Shown here: in pieces, positions 33,277-46,900 of the stretch
Numbering within the stretch: position 1 is the stretch's first letter
Layout of the letters: each line of letters starts with the position of its first letter
NCBI GenBank assembly: GCA_040954595.2
Contig: CM082576.2
Coordinates: forward strand, 19,205,028-19,269,027
Length of the DNA: 64,000 bases
Direction: 5' to 3'
Source: Balanoglossus misakiensis
Taxonomy: Eukaryota > Animalia > Hemichordata
Notes under the pieces: generated by a model
Told to the model about the DNA's origin: nothing
Database searches by the model: none
Seen by the model: only the letters and a program-made list of their open reading frames with translations
Program-made: the position numbers and the translations under genes

Positions 33277-35833
33277 TTTTCGACTTTGCAAAATCTCAAA
33301 ATTTCGTCGATTTTTGAAAAAAAATTATGGGTGAAAATGCATCAAAAAATGAGAAATTTTCGACTTTGCAAAATCTCAAAATTTCGTCAATTTTGAAAAA
33401 AATCATGGGTGAAAATCATCAAAAAATGACAAATTTTCGACTTTGCAAAATCTCAAAATTTCGTCGATTTTTGAAAAAAATCATGGGTGAAAATCATCAA
33501 AAAAATGACAAATTTTCGACTTTGCAAAATCTCAAAATTTTGTTGATTTTTGAAAAAAATCATAGGTGAAAATCATCAAAAAATGACAAATTTTCGACTT
33601 TGCAAAATCTCAAAATTTCGTCGATTTTTGAAGAAAATCATGGGTGAAAATCATCAAAAAATGACAAATTTTCGACTTTGCAAAATCTCAAAATTTTTTC
33701 GATTTTTGAAAAAAGACATGGGTGAAAATCATCAAAAAATGACAAATTTTCGACTTTGCAAAATCTCAAAATTTCGTAGATTTTTGAAAAAAAACATGGG
33801 TAAAAATCATCAAAAAATGACAAATTTTCGACTTTGCAAAATCTCAAAATTTCGTCCATTTTTAAAAAAAAAACATGGGGGAAAATCATCAAAAAATGAC
33901 AAATTTTCGACTTTGCAAAATCTCAAAATTTCGTCAATTTTGAATAAAAATCATGGGTGAAAATCATCAAAAAATGACAAATTTTCGACTTTGCAAAATC
34001 TCACAATTTCGTCGATTTTTGAAAAAAAATCATGGGTGAAAATGCATCAAAAATGAGAAATTTTCGACTTTGCAAAATCTCAAAATTTCGTCAATTTTGA
34101 AAAAAATCATGGGTGAAAATAATCAAAAAATGACAAATTTTCGACTTTGCAAAATCTCAAAATTTCGTCGATTTTTGAAAAAAATCATGGGTGAAAAATA
34201 ATCAAAAAAATGACAAATTTTCGACTTTGCAAAATCTCAAAATTTTGTTGATTTTTGAAAAAAATCATAGGTGAAAATCATCAAAAAATGACAAATTTTC
34301 GACTTTGCAAAATCTCAAAATTTCGTCGATTTTTGAAGAAAATCATGGGTGAAAATCATCAAAAAATGACAAATTTTCGACTTTGCAAAATCTCAAAATT
34401 TTTTCGATTGTTGAAAAAAATCATCGGTGAAAATCATCAAAAAATGACAAATTTTCGACTTTGCAAAATCTCAAAATTTCGTCGATTTTTGAAAAAAATC
34501 ATGGGTGAAAATCATCAAAAAAATGACAAATTTTCGACGTTGCAAAATCTCAAAATTTTGTTGAGTTTTGACAAAAATCATAGGTGAAAATCATCAAAAA
34601 ATGACAAATTTTCGACTTTGCAAAATCTCAAAATTTCGTCGATTTTTGAAGAAAATCATGGGTGAAAATCATCAAAAAATGACAAATTTTCGACTTTGCA
34701 AAATCTCAAAATTTTTTCGATTTTTGAAAAATATCATTGGTGAAAATCATCAAAAAATGACAAATTTTGATAAAAAAACGGGTGAAAATGATCAAAAAAT
34801 GACACATTTACGACTTTGCAAAATCTCAAATTTTCGTCGATTTTTGAAAAAAAATAATGGGTGAAAATCATCAAAAAATGAAAATTTTTCGTCTTTGCAA
34901 AATCTCAAAATTTCGTCCATTTTTGAAAAAAAAATCATGGGTAAAAATCATCAAAAATGACAAATTTTCGTCTTTGCAAAATCTCAAAATTTCGTCGATT
35001 TTTGAAGAAAATCATGGGTGAAAATCATCAAAAAATGACAAATTTTCGACTTTGCAAAATCTCAAAATTTTTTCGATTTTTGAAAAAAGACATGGGTGAA
35101 AATCATCAAAAAATGACAAATTTTCGACTTTGCAAAATCTCAAAATTTCGTAGATTTTTGAAAAAAAACATGGGTAAAAATCATCAAAAAATGACAAATT
35201 TTCGACTTTGCAAAATCTCAAAATTTCGTCCATTTTTAAAAAAAAAACATGGGGGAAAATCATCAAAAAATGACAAATTTTCGACTTTGCAAAATCTCAA
35301 AATTTCGTCAATTTTGAATAAAAATCATGGGTGAAAATCATCAAAAAATGACAAATTTTCGACTTTGCAAAATCTCACAATTTCGTCGATTTTTGAAAAA
35401 AAATCATGGGTGAAAATGCATCAAAAAATGAGAAATTTTCGACTTTGCAAAATCTCAAAATTTCGTCAATTTTGAAAAAAATCATGGGTGAAAATCATCA
35501 AAAAAATGACAAATTTTCGACGTTGCAAAATCTCAAAATTTTGTTGATTTTTGAAAAAAATCATAGGTGAAAATCATCAAAAAATGACAAATTTTCGACT
35601 TTGCAAAATCTCAAAATTTCGTCGATTTTTGAAGAAAATCATGGGTGAAAATCATCAAAAAATGACAAATTTTCGACTTTGCAAAATCTCAAAATTTTTT
35701 CGATTTTTGAAAAATATCATTGGTGAAAATCATCAAAAAATGACAAATTTTGAAAAAAAATCATGGGTGAAAATCATCAAAAAATGAAAATTTTTCGTCT
35801 TTGCAAAATCTCAAAATTTCGTCCATTTTTGAA
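33277..35833 (+). repeat. 78-bp satellite array 1 (about 33 monomers)
   Basis: Consensus TTTTCGACTTTGCAAAATCTCAAAATTTCGTCGATTTTTGAAAAAAATCATGGGTGAAAATCATCAAAAAATGACAAA. An internal block recurs at an offset of 1374 bp (33638 and 35012). Confidence 0.98.
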
Positions 35834-36329
35834 GATGCTCACTAAGCAAAAGTAGGTGAAAGGTCACATAAGGTCGCCCACAACTTGACGGGAAAATCGG
35901 ACTTCATATTGATCCATGTGCAACAAATAGCACGCTACCACCCCTTTCATTGACCCCACAATTACGCATGCACATAATTATTGAGTTATGCAGGTGTCAC
36001 AGGTGACACCCGAATCGGGTGTATTATTTTAGTCCCATACAGCTGCATGTAGCTGCGTGCCGTTACGGGCGACCTGATAACCCACACGGCCACCTGCGGG
36101 CCGACTCCCATACTGAACGTCCAGTTGCAACATCACGACTGAAGTAGGAACTTTTGAACGGCAACGAAGCCTGATCTCTGATTATTGCTGGTACCATACT
36201 CCTGTCGTGCAAGAAAATCACTGGTCTGCTGACGTATTTCAGCCAATTTCCCAAACTACTATCCACTACATGTGACTACAATGCTAATGAAACCTCCCAC
36301 AACATTAGCGACTTAGGGTCAAAGTCCAC

Positions 36330-38870
36330 TGTTTTAAATTTTTTCATCGGTTTTACTTTAAAGGATGCCCACAAATTGCAACAGTAAATATTACTACAAT
36401 ATGCCAAAAATAAAACTTTCTTCACATCTTGACTAAAATGTTGAAAATGTCTCAATAGCATGTTTGCTCTAACACAAAATGCTCTTCTCTGTCGTTCAAT
36501 ATCTTCATTATCACAACCCTCACAAGATATAACATGGCCCAGATAGGTGTGTACAGGTACAAACTTTAAAGTGATGTCATTAAGTTTAACCGAAGGAATT
36601 CTTTGAACGCTCATATTCTTCCCATTAAAAAGCATGCACACAGTTTTACTAGAATTATAAATTATATCATAATCATTGCCATAAATTTCACAAATTCTAA
36701 GAAGACGGTGTAGACCCTTAATACCTGGACTGAGTAGAGTCATGTCGTCAGCGTAACCTAAAGTGTTAGCGCTGACACCACACATGGTACAGCCAACTTT
36801 GGCTTTACAGAGTGCATTGATAAGATCATCAATGTAGACATTAAAAAGATAGGGAGAGAGTACTCCCCCTTGTCTTACACCGTTAGAAACAGAAAACAAC
36901 TCTGAGGTTTCATTACCCCACAACACAGTAAACAATTGATTTCTGTACCATTAAAGGTCACATGTCATGCTTTGGAAAGTTTTCATTTTTCCACGTCAAA
37001 AGCTCACCTAGGGTACCTGTCTATGCATTGCCTATTGTGTCGGTTCCGAAAAATGTGCACGAATGCCGGAATTTGCCACCTTTTTTCATGCCTGTGATCG
37101 GGGAGCCACTTCGCACTCGAGCCAGGCGAAGGTATTTGCATATGGACAAACAAGTACACTATGTCGTAGTGTACCATTCTGTTTACAGTAAAGTGTAATT
37201 ATCGGTCCATGAGTAATTAAGTCCACAGACAAAGATAAGCTATATAAACAGTGTTCAAAGCAAAGGAAGCCCTTGCCTCACATTGCAGGCAGAGGATTTA
37301 CAAAGGTGTGAAAGACTATTTGTCCACATCAAGATAAGTCTTCGGCTTAACTTCGAAAAGCCAAAAAAAATCGACTGAGTTGGGTTAGGGGTACACGCCC
37401 ACCCGCCACTTTTACTTGCTTGTTATCTAAGCACAAGGGGCAAAACGCATTGCAAGATAGTAACATACGTTAACTTCAAGACCCAAATAGTGATTTTACG
37501 CGTGGTTGTATAGGGCATGGCATGGGACCTTTAATATAAAATTCGTACAGCATACAAGGGAACATTCCTGTCGATGAGCTTGTTAACCAGTTTAAAGTGA
37601 TTAACTCTGTCAAAAGCTATTGAAGCATCCAGAAAACAAGTAAACACTGGTCTTCCATTGCTGGTGTAGTAGCTAATGATTTCTTTAAATGCAAATAAAC
37701 ACAGGTCAGTTGAATGTTCTCGCTTGAAACCAAATTGTAAATAATGAGAGGTAAGAAACTCCTCACAACGAGAAAGTAAAATAGGCTCAAAAACTTTAGA
37801 GAAAACAGTTGCTAGTGCTATCGGCCGGTAGTTACTGGCATCACTACAAAGCTTAGTTTTATCCTTAATTGGAACTAAAATAACGTTGATAGCCTCAGTT
37901 TGCAGGTAACCATGAACAATCAAGTCAAAATGGGTAAAATAGAGGAGTCTGAGAATTTGAGGTGCTCAGCTGAAATATTGTCAATGCCAGCTGTCTTATC
38001 GTCAGGTAACTTATGTATAGCAGAAATTACTTCTTCTTCAGAAACATACATATCAGAAGAAAATTTAACATACTTCATTTTCTCCTCGATGTCATTTTTA
38101 CCAGTCTGAGCCTGGACAGAATTCAAAATATCACTGAAATGCTTGTGCCACATAATTGCAATTTCACTCTCACCAGTCGCTCCACCTACAGTGTCAGAAA
38201 GCGGCATTTTTCTGCTAGTTTGCTTTCTGACTTCCTTCCAGAAGTCGTTCTGTTTGTGGCAGCGTAAATTGTCAGCCATCTTGTCAGCCCTATTTTGATT
38301 CTCAATCTTTTTACAAGCACGTAAAGCATACTTAAAACGAGCTCTGGAAGATTTCATGGTTTCAAAAAGCGGGCCTTGTTAAGGTTTACCCCCATTAACC
38401 CATAATAAAAACATGGAACGGGCATAGTCGTGACTTTCTTTTACAAAATCGTTCCAGCCAGGCACAACATGAACTTTCTGGTGAAACTTACGCCTAATGG
38501 TATCTTTTGCAGCACAATTCAATGCGTCCACAACACTACTATAACAAGTATCAATTGCCTGTAAATGCGAAGGGTATGTACAGTTCACATTAGTGCAGAA
38601 TAACTCTTCGGATAAATTAATCTTATCAACCTTGGCTTTGGTACAACGGGTGTAGGCGGATATATTCTGCTGTGACAATTTTTTCCAATCAACTCGAAAA
38701 TTACATTGCTTGAAGGAACTACTGCTGAAGCATTCATCAGCAGAAGTGTTGAAATGAACCTCTATTGAAACAGGAATATGGTCGGAGTCAACAACATTGC
38801 AAAGACTCGAAATTGAAAGAACATTGCTATAAAAATTTTTAGTGGTAACACAGTGGTCAATCCAAACTCA
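36330..38870 (-). pseudogene. RTE-X-like ORF2 pseudogene, copy 2
   Basis: Same motifs and same lesions as 25655-28195. Confidence 0.88.
36955..37530. mobile_element. Kolobok-type MITE, duplicate of 26280-26855
   Basis: Same TIRs and TTAA TSD. Confidence 0.9.
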
Positions 38871-40197
38871 GCGTAATTCAATAAAACGCCCTAACACAGC
38901 CTGAACTCCGATAATGTGTTGTCCCAAAATTCATTCCGTGGAAAATAATCACTGGTCTGTTTACGTATTTCAGCCGATTTTCCAAGGACTACTGCAACTC
39001 GCCAGAAGTGAGTAGCCTGCTAATGAGATCTCCACAACATTACGTAATGACGGTCAAAGTCCGATGCCCCAGTGTCCGTCCTCAGCCCACCAAAAAATGC
39101 GAAAAAATATTACAAAAATCTTCTTCTCAAAATCGACGTGGCCTAGGACCTTGAAATTTGGCACAGGGGATTTTGGCCACATGGTCTACAAAAATCGCGA
39201 AAAGAATGTACATGCCCCCATTAACGTGCAAATTAGGTCAATTTGAAAATTTCGCTCGATTATAGCCACAAAGTCACGTGACTAATTACAAATTCAAAGG
39301 GCAGGTGCACCAGTACTCATGGGCCCCAACCACCGTGCCAAATTTGGAGGCGCACCTGCCGGAATTTCAGAGAAAAACGGGCGCAAAAAAACGACTCAAG
39401 AAGAAAGAAGACAAACTCCAGCAATAACAGAAGGGGACCAAGCGCCTGAGGGCTCTTGGTCCCCTAAATATGGGACTAAACTTGACAGATACCCGGAATA
39501 TTTTCCTATTTAGGATACCTGGTTGCATTTCCACCTAAAGGCGTCCTATTGGCGTGGAAATTTTATAACTTGAAATCGTTTGACTGGGTGATAGGTATTA
39601 ATATCTTATGATGTTATAAAACACTTGGCTCGCCGAAGGTAAGGACCGATTATAGCGTCAGTCGTGTCATAAAATCTATATGAACGTCATGGGTCAATAA
39701 ACTTGATGGTCCAATAAAATTTAATGGTTCGTAAAACTATTGTGTCCAATGTCTGCAGAGTATACTGGCTGCAACATGTGTATGAGTCAGGATTAACGGC
39801 TGTAGCCATCAACCCAAAAGGTGAACGTCCTATTCTCACTAACTTAAATAGGTTTTGCGACCTAGTTGAGTGATAAAAACCTTATGATAAAGTCGACACA
39901 ATTTCAAGATGACGATGTGCAAATGAGAGTTCATAAGCTAAAGTAAAGTTCAATGAATTCTATACAAAGTTCAAAAAAGATTTTTTACTAAAGGAAGACA
40001 TGAACAAACTGATATCGTCTCTTCATATTCGTACATGTCCAACTGTTGTGATTTGACCCCCCCCCCCCCATGGTACATGAACCTATTACTTAGTACACAC
40101 TTAAACAATTGGCATTTGAAGTGCCTTGCTTGACAGTGTTTAATGCGGTGGTCAGCCGCGTTTATCTCTCGCCACTTCATGCATCATGTCGCCTTAA

Positions 40198-40517
40198 AGG
40201 GACAAACTCTCTCTCTCGTCGCCCTTTTCTATTAATTATGTTTGATACAAGACACCGTTTATATTAATGGGCATGTGTATATGTAGTGAATGAACGTTCA
40301 ACCACACACAACTTCCATCCTGCTTGTATGATATGAGAGTAAAAACTCGCCCAAAATGAATTAATGGTAGAGACCGATTTTTCAGTTTTGCGAGTTTTCG
40401 CTCTCGTGTCTACATGCGGGATAGAAGGTGTGTGCGGTTGAACGTTGCATCACTATATATCCACATTTACATTAATATAAACGGTGTTTTGTATCAAACA
40501 TGGAAAAGGGCAGCGAG
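40198..40517. mobile_element. Kolobok-type MITE, duplicate of 29523-29842
   Basis: Same sequence at offset 10675. Confidence 0.8.
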
Positions 40518-41157
40518 TTAAGGATGTACGATCAGTAAAATTGAAAGCATTGTCATTTCTTTTAATCGTGAATTTTCGTTTCTGATTTGTATGTATAATG
40601 AAAATCCATTTTGGGTCACTGCACTTGTTTTCGACTTTAAACAAGGCCGTGAATTTAGTCGACAATTGAAGAAAACTGCTAACGGTCAGCATTTTCTACC
40701 AATGGTTTGTCTATGGATACAATATTGAACAAAGTTTATCTCAAAATAGAGCGTGATGAATTTATTTTGATTTGTCGGAGCTATGTGTAAAATTTCATGA
40801 AAATGACAATAGTAGAAGTGAGTTTTCTAACTATTCTCCATGTACTCCTATGGGAAGAGACACAGGCGCACAGTTTACCAGTTGACGACCTCTAAAGAGG
40901 AAACGGGGGGGGGGGGGGGATGATGAAAGGTTTAAGACTTACAGATCACAACTTAAAGAGCCATTCAGAAAGAGGCTTAGAGTGGAGTATCAAATCGGAC
41001 GATACCACTGACTGGTGGAGGAAGACAAAATAAGCAAACTGAGTAGATGAGTGCTCAGATTTCTTCAGAGGACCAAACGTTTCAAAGAATTATACGTGAC
41101 AATCCATGCCTGGTCCGTCAGTAGATATAAACAGAACATTGTGGCTGTATTCATTAA

Positions 41158-41448
41158 AGGGACCAAGTCTCTCTCTCGCTGCCCTTTTTCCATTAATTAT
41201 GTTTGATACAAGACTGCGTTTATATTATTCTACATGTGGATATAGTGAATCAACGTTCAACCATACACACCTTCCACCCCGCTTGTATAGACACGAGAGT
41301 TTTAAAAAGTAGCCAAAATGAATAAACGGTCTCTACCATTTATTCATTTCGGGCGAGTTTTTACTCTCGTATCATACAAGCCGGATGGAAGTTGTGTGTG
41401 GTTGAACGTTCATTCACTAACATAAACGGTCTCTTGTATCATGTCCCT
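41158..41448. mobile_element. Kolobok-type MITE, duplicate of 30480-30770
   Basis: Same sequence at offset 10678. Confidence 0.8.
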
Positions 41449-43954
41449 TTAACACTTTTGAAGCATTTTACTAATGCTAACATGACTAGACCAATTGAAT
41501 GATGTTACATTGCAGGTTATCAACTCAGAGGGGCGTCTTGTTATAAAGCGGTACCTGACAAACAATCAGCTGGCAACGCTGAAAATACCTGTCAGTCGTA
41601 AGTATGAAAGTATACATCATTTGAGTAGAATTTTACGGGAGTTCCTAACAAGGCTTGGACATGTCACGCACAAATACAAAGGGCGCGTATAAAGACAGAC
41701 AAAACCTCGCTCAGTGTGAGGTGTTCAGCGATTGCATCTGATAAGTTGAAAATGCTTGATCACGTGTCATGTTCAGTTGGGAAATTGGATATGTCTCAGG
41801 CCAAAAAAACTAATATGTGCTATTCCGATTACATGGTTTTCAAAAATATTGTAGGTAGAAAGGGACATTTTTTTATTTTTCAATTTTTTTTATATCTTTG
41901 GCCGTCGTAGTGTAGAAGAATGACATCATAGATCTTGCGTGATTCTCGCAATTTTCATGAATTGTTTTATATTTGACATCGTTATTTTTACTTCCGGTTT
42001 GCGAAGATCTAAACTGTTTTGGGTCGGCGGGCTAAAATTAGGGTAGTTCGGGTAATCGTTATGACATTGGGAGCTACGGCTGCAAAACCATGTGTCTCGT
42101 GCAAAAAGGGCCCTTAACCTTTTGCAATATTTAACAGCAAACAACAGACAGTTTTGAGAATAAAAGGTTTCCGTCGTGTCTGACTTTCATATCGCATTAA
42201 TAGCATATCCCTAATTTTAAAGAAATTAGGAGAGACAGAGTGAAACAGGCAGAGTGGCAGACAGACACAAGCAGACAGACAGAGCAACATTCATCAGTAG
42301 AGACACTCACCGGTCGCTCGCTCGCTCGCTCACTCTCTCTCTCAGAGAGAGGGGGCAGACAGTCAGACAGACAGACGTTGACAGACAGTCAGTAAGTCAG
42401 TCAGCCAGTTAATCAGTCAGTCAGACGTCAAAGACACAGTGACACAAACACAGCGAGGGAGACAAAAGGACCTTTCATGCTTAAACCCCTGTTCTTCTGT
42501 TATAAACTTTGAAAACCGTTCGTTTTCAGACTGCAGATTGCTCGAATAACGCGGCACACTGCCGAAACAATAAAACAAATACTAGTGGGAGCTCATAAAA
42601 TAAAATCGCTCAACCATTCCGTCGTCCTGAGTGACCTCAGCCACATTAATTCCGACGTCTTTTTAGGGTCATGAAAAAAGTCACAAATAAGGTATTTCCC
42701 CTAGGTCCACCTGAAGCAAAAAGTTTTCGTTTCGACTCCATCATTCCGAATAGTAAGAAAGCAACAAAATTGAAAAGACAGATGTAAAATGCAATCTCTC
42801 TCACGTGGTAACGTTTGTAACTATGGCAATCACGGTACGTGTTCAGTACACAGACAGGGAGAAAAGTTTCCCCATGCAATACATGTGTTCAGTAAGGTTT
42901 GACCTTGGTTTTACTTTGTACCATGATCGCCGCTTTCTAAGCATGGATGAACGACGGCGGTCAGACCCAATCGAACCCTTTCATGTCAGATGACCACGGT
43001 ATCTCCAGTGTGAGATGACATTTGACAAACCATTTGATTTCAACAAAATCTTCGCGTCGTCAACGCGTCGCATACCAGTCGCATATCGGTATTTACCCAA
43101 TCATAAAAGTTGGAAATTCGGGAGATTCGATCTGCAACCAAGTTGAGAGTAAATTTTGACGTTTGACTATTGGCAAGTAAACAGGTTACACAATGACTTG
43201 TCGGTTTTTCCTCCGTCATGGTCGTTCTTGACCCAAGTGTCCTTCCTTGACATTTAGACACACCTTGCGGTATGACCTTGGTGGTCATGTGCAATTAGTT
43301 TTCTTGTATAAGACGCTTTTCATGCCGGGGTAGACGACTTGTGCGTGGATCATCAACATTTCAGTGATATTTCAACGCAAAGTTTTAGCAATATTGAGAA
43401 AACAGGTAGTGAGGTGTCAAATGCATATCAATGTACGAAAATTAGGTCAAGCCACCCGACAGCAACCGCTTTCACACAGTGTCGGACGTTGCACGGAATG
43501 TGAAACGTTACACTGCTTCGGCCGTTCACATGCACCTGGGCGTGGTTTTGATTGATGGTCAAACGCCCCCACTTACTTTGGGCGTTTTCAATGGTAAATG
43601 TGTCGTATTGATCGAAACCTTGCCGTAAACACATTTTTTTTGCTGAATCAACATTCAGAGTTCAGCCGTCTAGTTAACGAAGTATTGAAATAAGCCACTT
43701 GTTCATCATTTTTTGTCTGTCAAACGTGTTTATTCGGACAGGGACCGGCCGCCAATGAGTGGTTTAGGGAGCCCACACGTACACTCTGGTACCTGGACAA
43801 TTAACAAAGACATGACGTGTGTACCGTCCGGTTCGAAAAGATTGGTTTAAGGTAGTCCTGGTAACAGTCATCCTAACGAGGCCAGGGGAGGTCTCCAAGG
43901 GCGAAATAAACAAAGCTACCGATGACGAGTCGAATTCGAATCGGACGATGCTTG

Positions 43955-46900
43955 TTTTCGACTTTGCAAAATCTCAAAATTTCGTCGATTTTTGAAAAAA
44001 ATTCATGGGTGAAAATGCATCAAAAAATGAGAAATTTTCGACTTTGCAAAATCTCAAAATTTCGTCAATTTTGAAAAAAATCATGGGTGAAAATCATCAA
44101 AAAATGACAAATTTTCGACTTTGCAAAATCTCAAAATTTCGTCGATTTTTGAAAAAAATCATGGGTGAAAATCATCAAAAAAATGACAAATTTTCGACTT
44201 TGCAAAATCTCAAAATTTTGTTGATTTTTGAAAAAAATCATAGGTGAAAATCATCAAAAAATGACAAATTTTCGACTTTGCAAAATCTCAAAATTTCGTC
44301 GATTTTTGAAGAAAATCATGGGTGAAAATCATCAAAAAATGACAAATTTTCGACTTTGCAAAATCTCAAAATTTTTTCGATTTTTGAAAAAAGACATGGG
44401 TGAAAATCATCAAAAAATGACAAATTTTCGACTTTGCAAAATCTCAAAAATTCGTAGATTTTTGAAAAAAAACATGGGTAAAAATCATCAAAAAATGACA
44501 AATTTTCGACTTTGCAAAATCTCAAAATTTCGTCCATTTTTAAAAAAAAAACATGGGGGAAAATCATCAAAAAATGACAAATTTTCGACTTTGCAAAATC
44601 TCAAAATTTCGTCAATTTTGAATAAAAATCATGGGTGAAAATCATCAAAAAATGACAAATTTTCGACTTTGCAAAATCTCAAAATTTCGTCAATTTTGAA
44701 AAAAATCATGGGTGAAAATAATCAAAAAATGACAAATTTTCGACTTTGCAAAATCTCAAAATTTCGTCGATTTTTGAAAAAAATCATGGGTGAAAAATAA
44801 TCAAAAAAATGACAAATTTTCGACTTTGCAAAATCTCAAAATTTTGTTGATTTTTGAAAAAAATCATAGGTGAAAATCATCAAAAAATGACAAATTTTCG
44901 ACTTTGCAAAATCTGAAAATTTCGTCGATTTTTGAAGAAAATCATGGGTGAAAATCATCAAAAAATGACAAATTTTCGACTTTGCAAAATCTCAAAATTT
45001 TTTCGATTGTTGAAAAAAATCATCGGTGAAAATCATCAAAAAATGACAAATTTTCGACTTTGCAAAATTTCAAAATTTCGTCGATTTTTGAAAAAAATCA
45101 TGGGTGAAAATCATCAAAAAAATGACAAATTTTCGACGTTGCAAAATCTCAAAATTTTGTTGATTTTTGAAAAAAATCATAGGTGAAAATCATCAAAAAA
45201 TGACAAATTTTCGACTTTGCAAAATCTCAAAATTTCGTCGATTTTTGAAGAAAATCATGGGTGAAAATCATCAAAAAATGACAAATTTTCGACTTTGCAA
45301 AATCTCAAAATTTTTTCGATTTTTGAAAAATATCATTGGTGAAAATCATCAAAAAATGACAAATTTTGAAAAAAAAACGGGTGAAAATCATCAAAAAATG
45401 ACACATTTTCGACTTCGCAAAATCTCAAAATTTTTTCGATTGTTGAAAAAAATCATCGGTGAAAATCATCAAAAAATGACAAATTTTCGACTTTGCAAAA
45501 TCTCAAAATTTCGTCGATTTTTGAAAAAAATCATGGGTGAAAATCATCAAAAAAATGACAAATTTTCGACGTTGCAAAATCTCAAAATTTTGTTGAGTTT
45601 TGACAAAAATCATAGGTGAAAATCATCAAAAAATGACAAATTTTCGACTTTGCAAAATCTCAAAATTTCGTCGATTTTTGAAGAAAATCATGGGTGAAAA
45701 TCATCAAAAAATGACAAATTTTCGACTTTGCAAAATCTCAAATTTTTTTCAATTTTTGAAAAATATCATTGGTGAAAATCATCAAAAAATGACAAATTTT
45801 GAAAAAAAAACGGGTGAAAATGATCAAAAAATGACACATTTACGACTTTGCAAAATCTCAAATTTTCGTCGATTTTTGAAAAAAAATAATGGGTGAAAAT
45901 CATCAAAAAATGAAAATTTTTCGTCTTTGCAAAATCTCAAAATTTCGTCCATTTTTGAAAAAAAAATCATGGGTAAAAATCATCAAAAATGACAAATTTT
46001 CGTCTTTGCAAAATCTCAAAATTTCGTCGATTTTTGAAGAAAATCATGGGTGAAAATCATCAAAAAATGACAAATTTTCGACTTTGCAAAATCTCAAAAT
46101 TTTTTCGATTTTTGAAAAAAGACATGGGTGAAAATCATCAAAAAATGACAAATTTTGGACTTTGCAAAATCTCAAAATTTCGTAGATTTTTGAAAAAAAA
46201 CATGGGTAAAAATCATCAAAAAATGACAAATTTTCGACTTTGCAAAATCTCCAAATTTCGTCCATTTTTAAAAAAAAAACATGGGGGAAAATCATCAAAA
46301 AATGACAAATTTTCGACTTTGCAAAATCTCAAAATTTCGTCAATTTTGAATAAAAATCATGGGTGAAAATCATCAAAAAATGACAAATTTTCGACTTTGC
46401 AAAATCTCACAATTTCGTCGATTTTTGAAAAAAAATCATGGGTGAAAATGCATCAAAAAATGAGAAATTTTCGACTTTGCAAAATCTCAAAATTTCGTCA
46501 ATTTTGAAAAAAATCATGGGTGAAAATCATCAAAAAAATGACAAATTTTCGACGTTGCAAAATCTCAAAATTTTGTTGATTTTTGAAAAAAATCATAGGT
46601 GAAAATCATCAAAAAATGACAAATTTTCGACTTTGCAAAATCTCAAAATTTCGTCGATTTTTGAAGAAAATCATGGGTGAAAATCATCAAAAAATGACAA
46701 ATTTTCGACTTTGCAAAATCTCAAAATTTTTTCGATTTTTGAAAAATATCATTGGTGAAAATCATCAAAAAATGACAAATTTTGAAAAAAAACGGGTGAA
46801 AATCATCAAAAAATGACACATTTTCGACTTCGCAAAATCTCAAAATTTTTTCGATTGTTGAAAAAAATCATCGGTGAAAATCATCAAAAAATGACAAATT

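Larger units (their letters stand above)
35834..43954 (+). repeat. Segmental duplication, copy 2
   Basis: Begins GATGCTCACTAAGCAAAAGTAGG directly after satellite; near-identical to 25159-33276. Confidence 0.97.
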
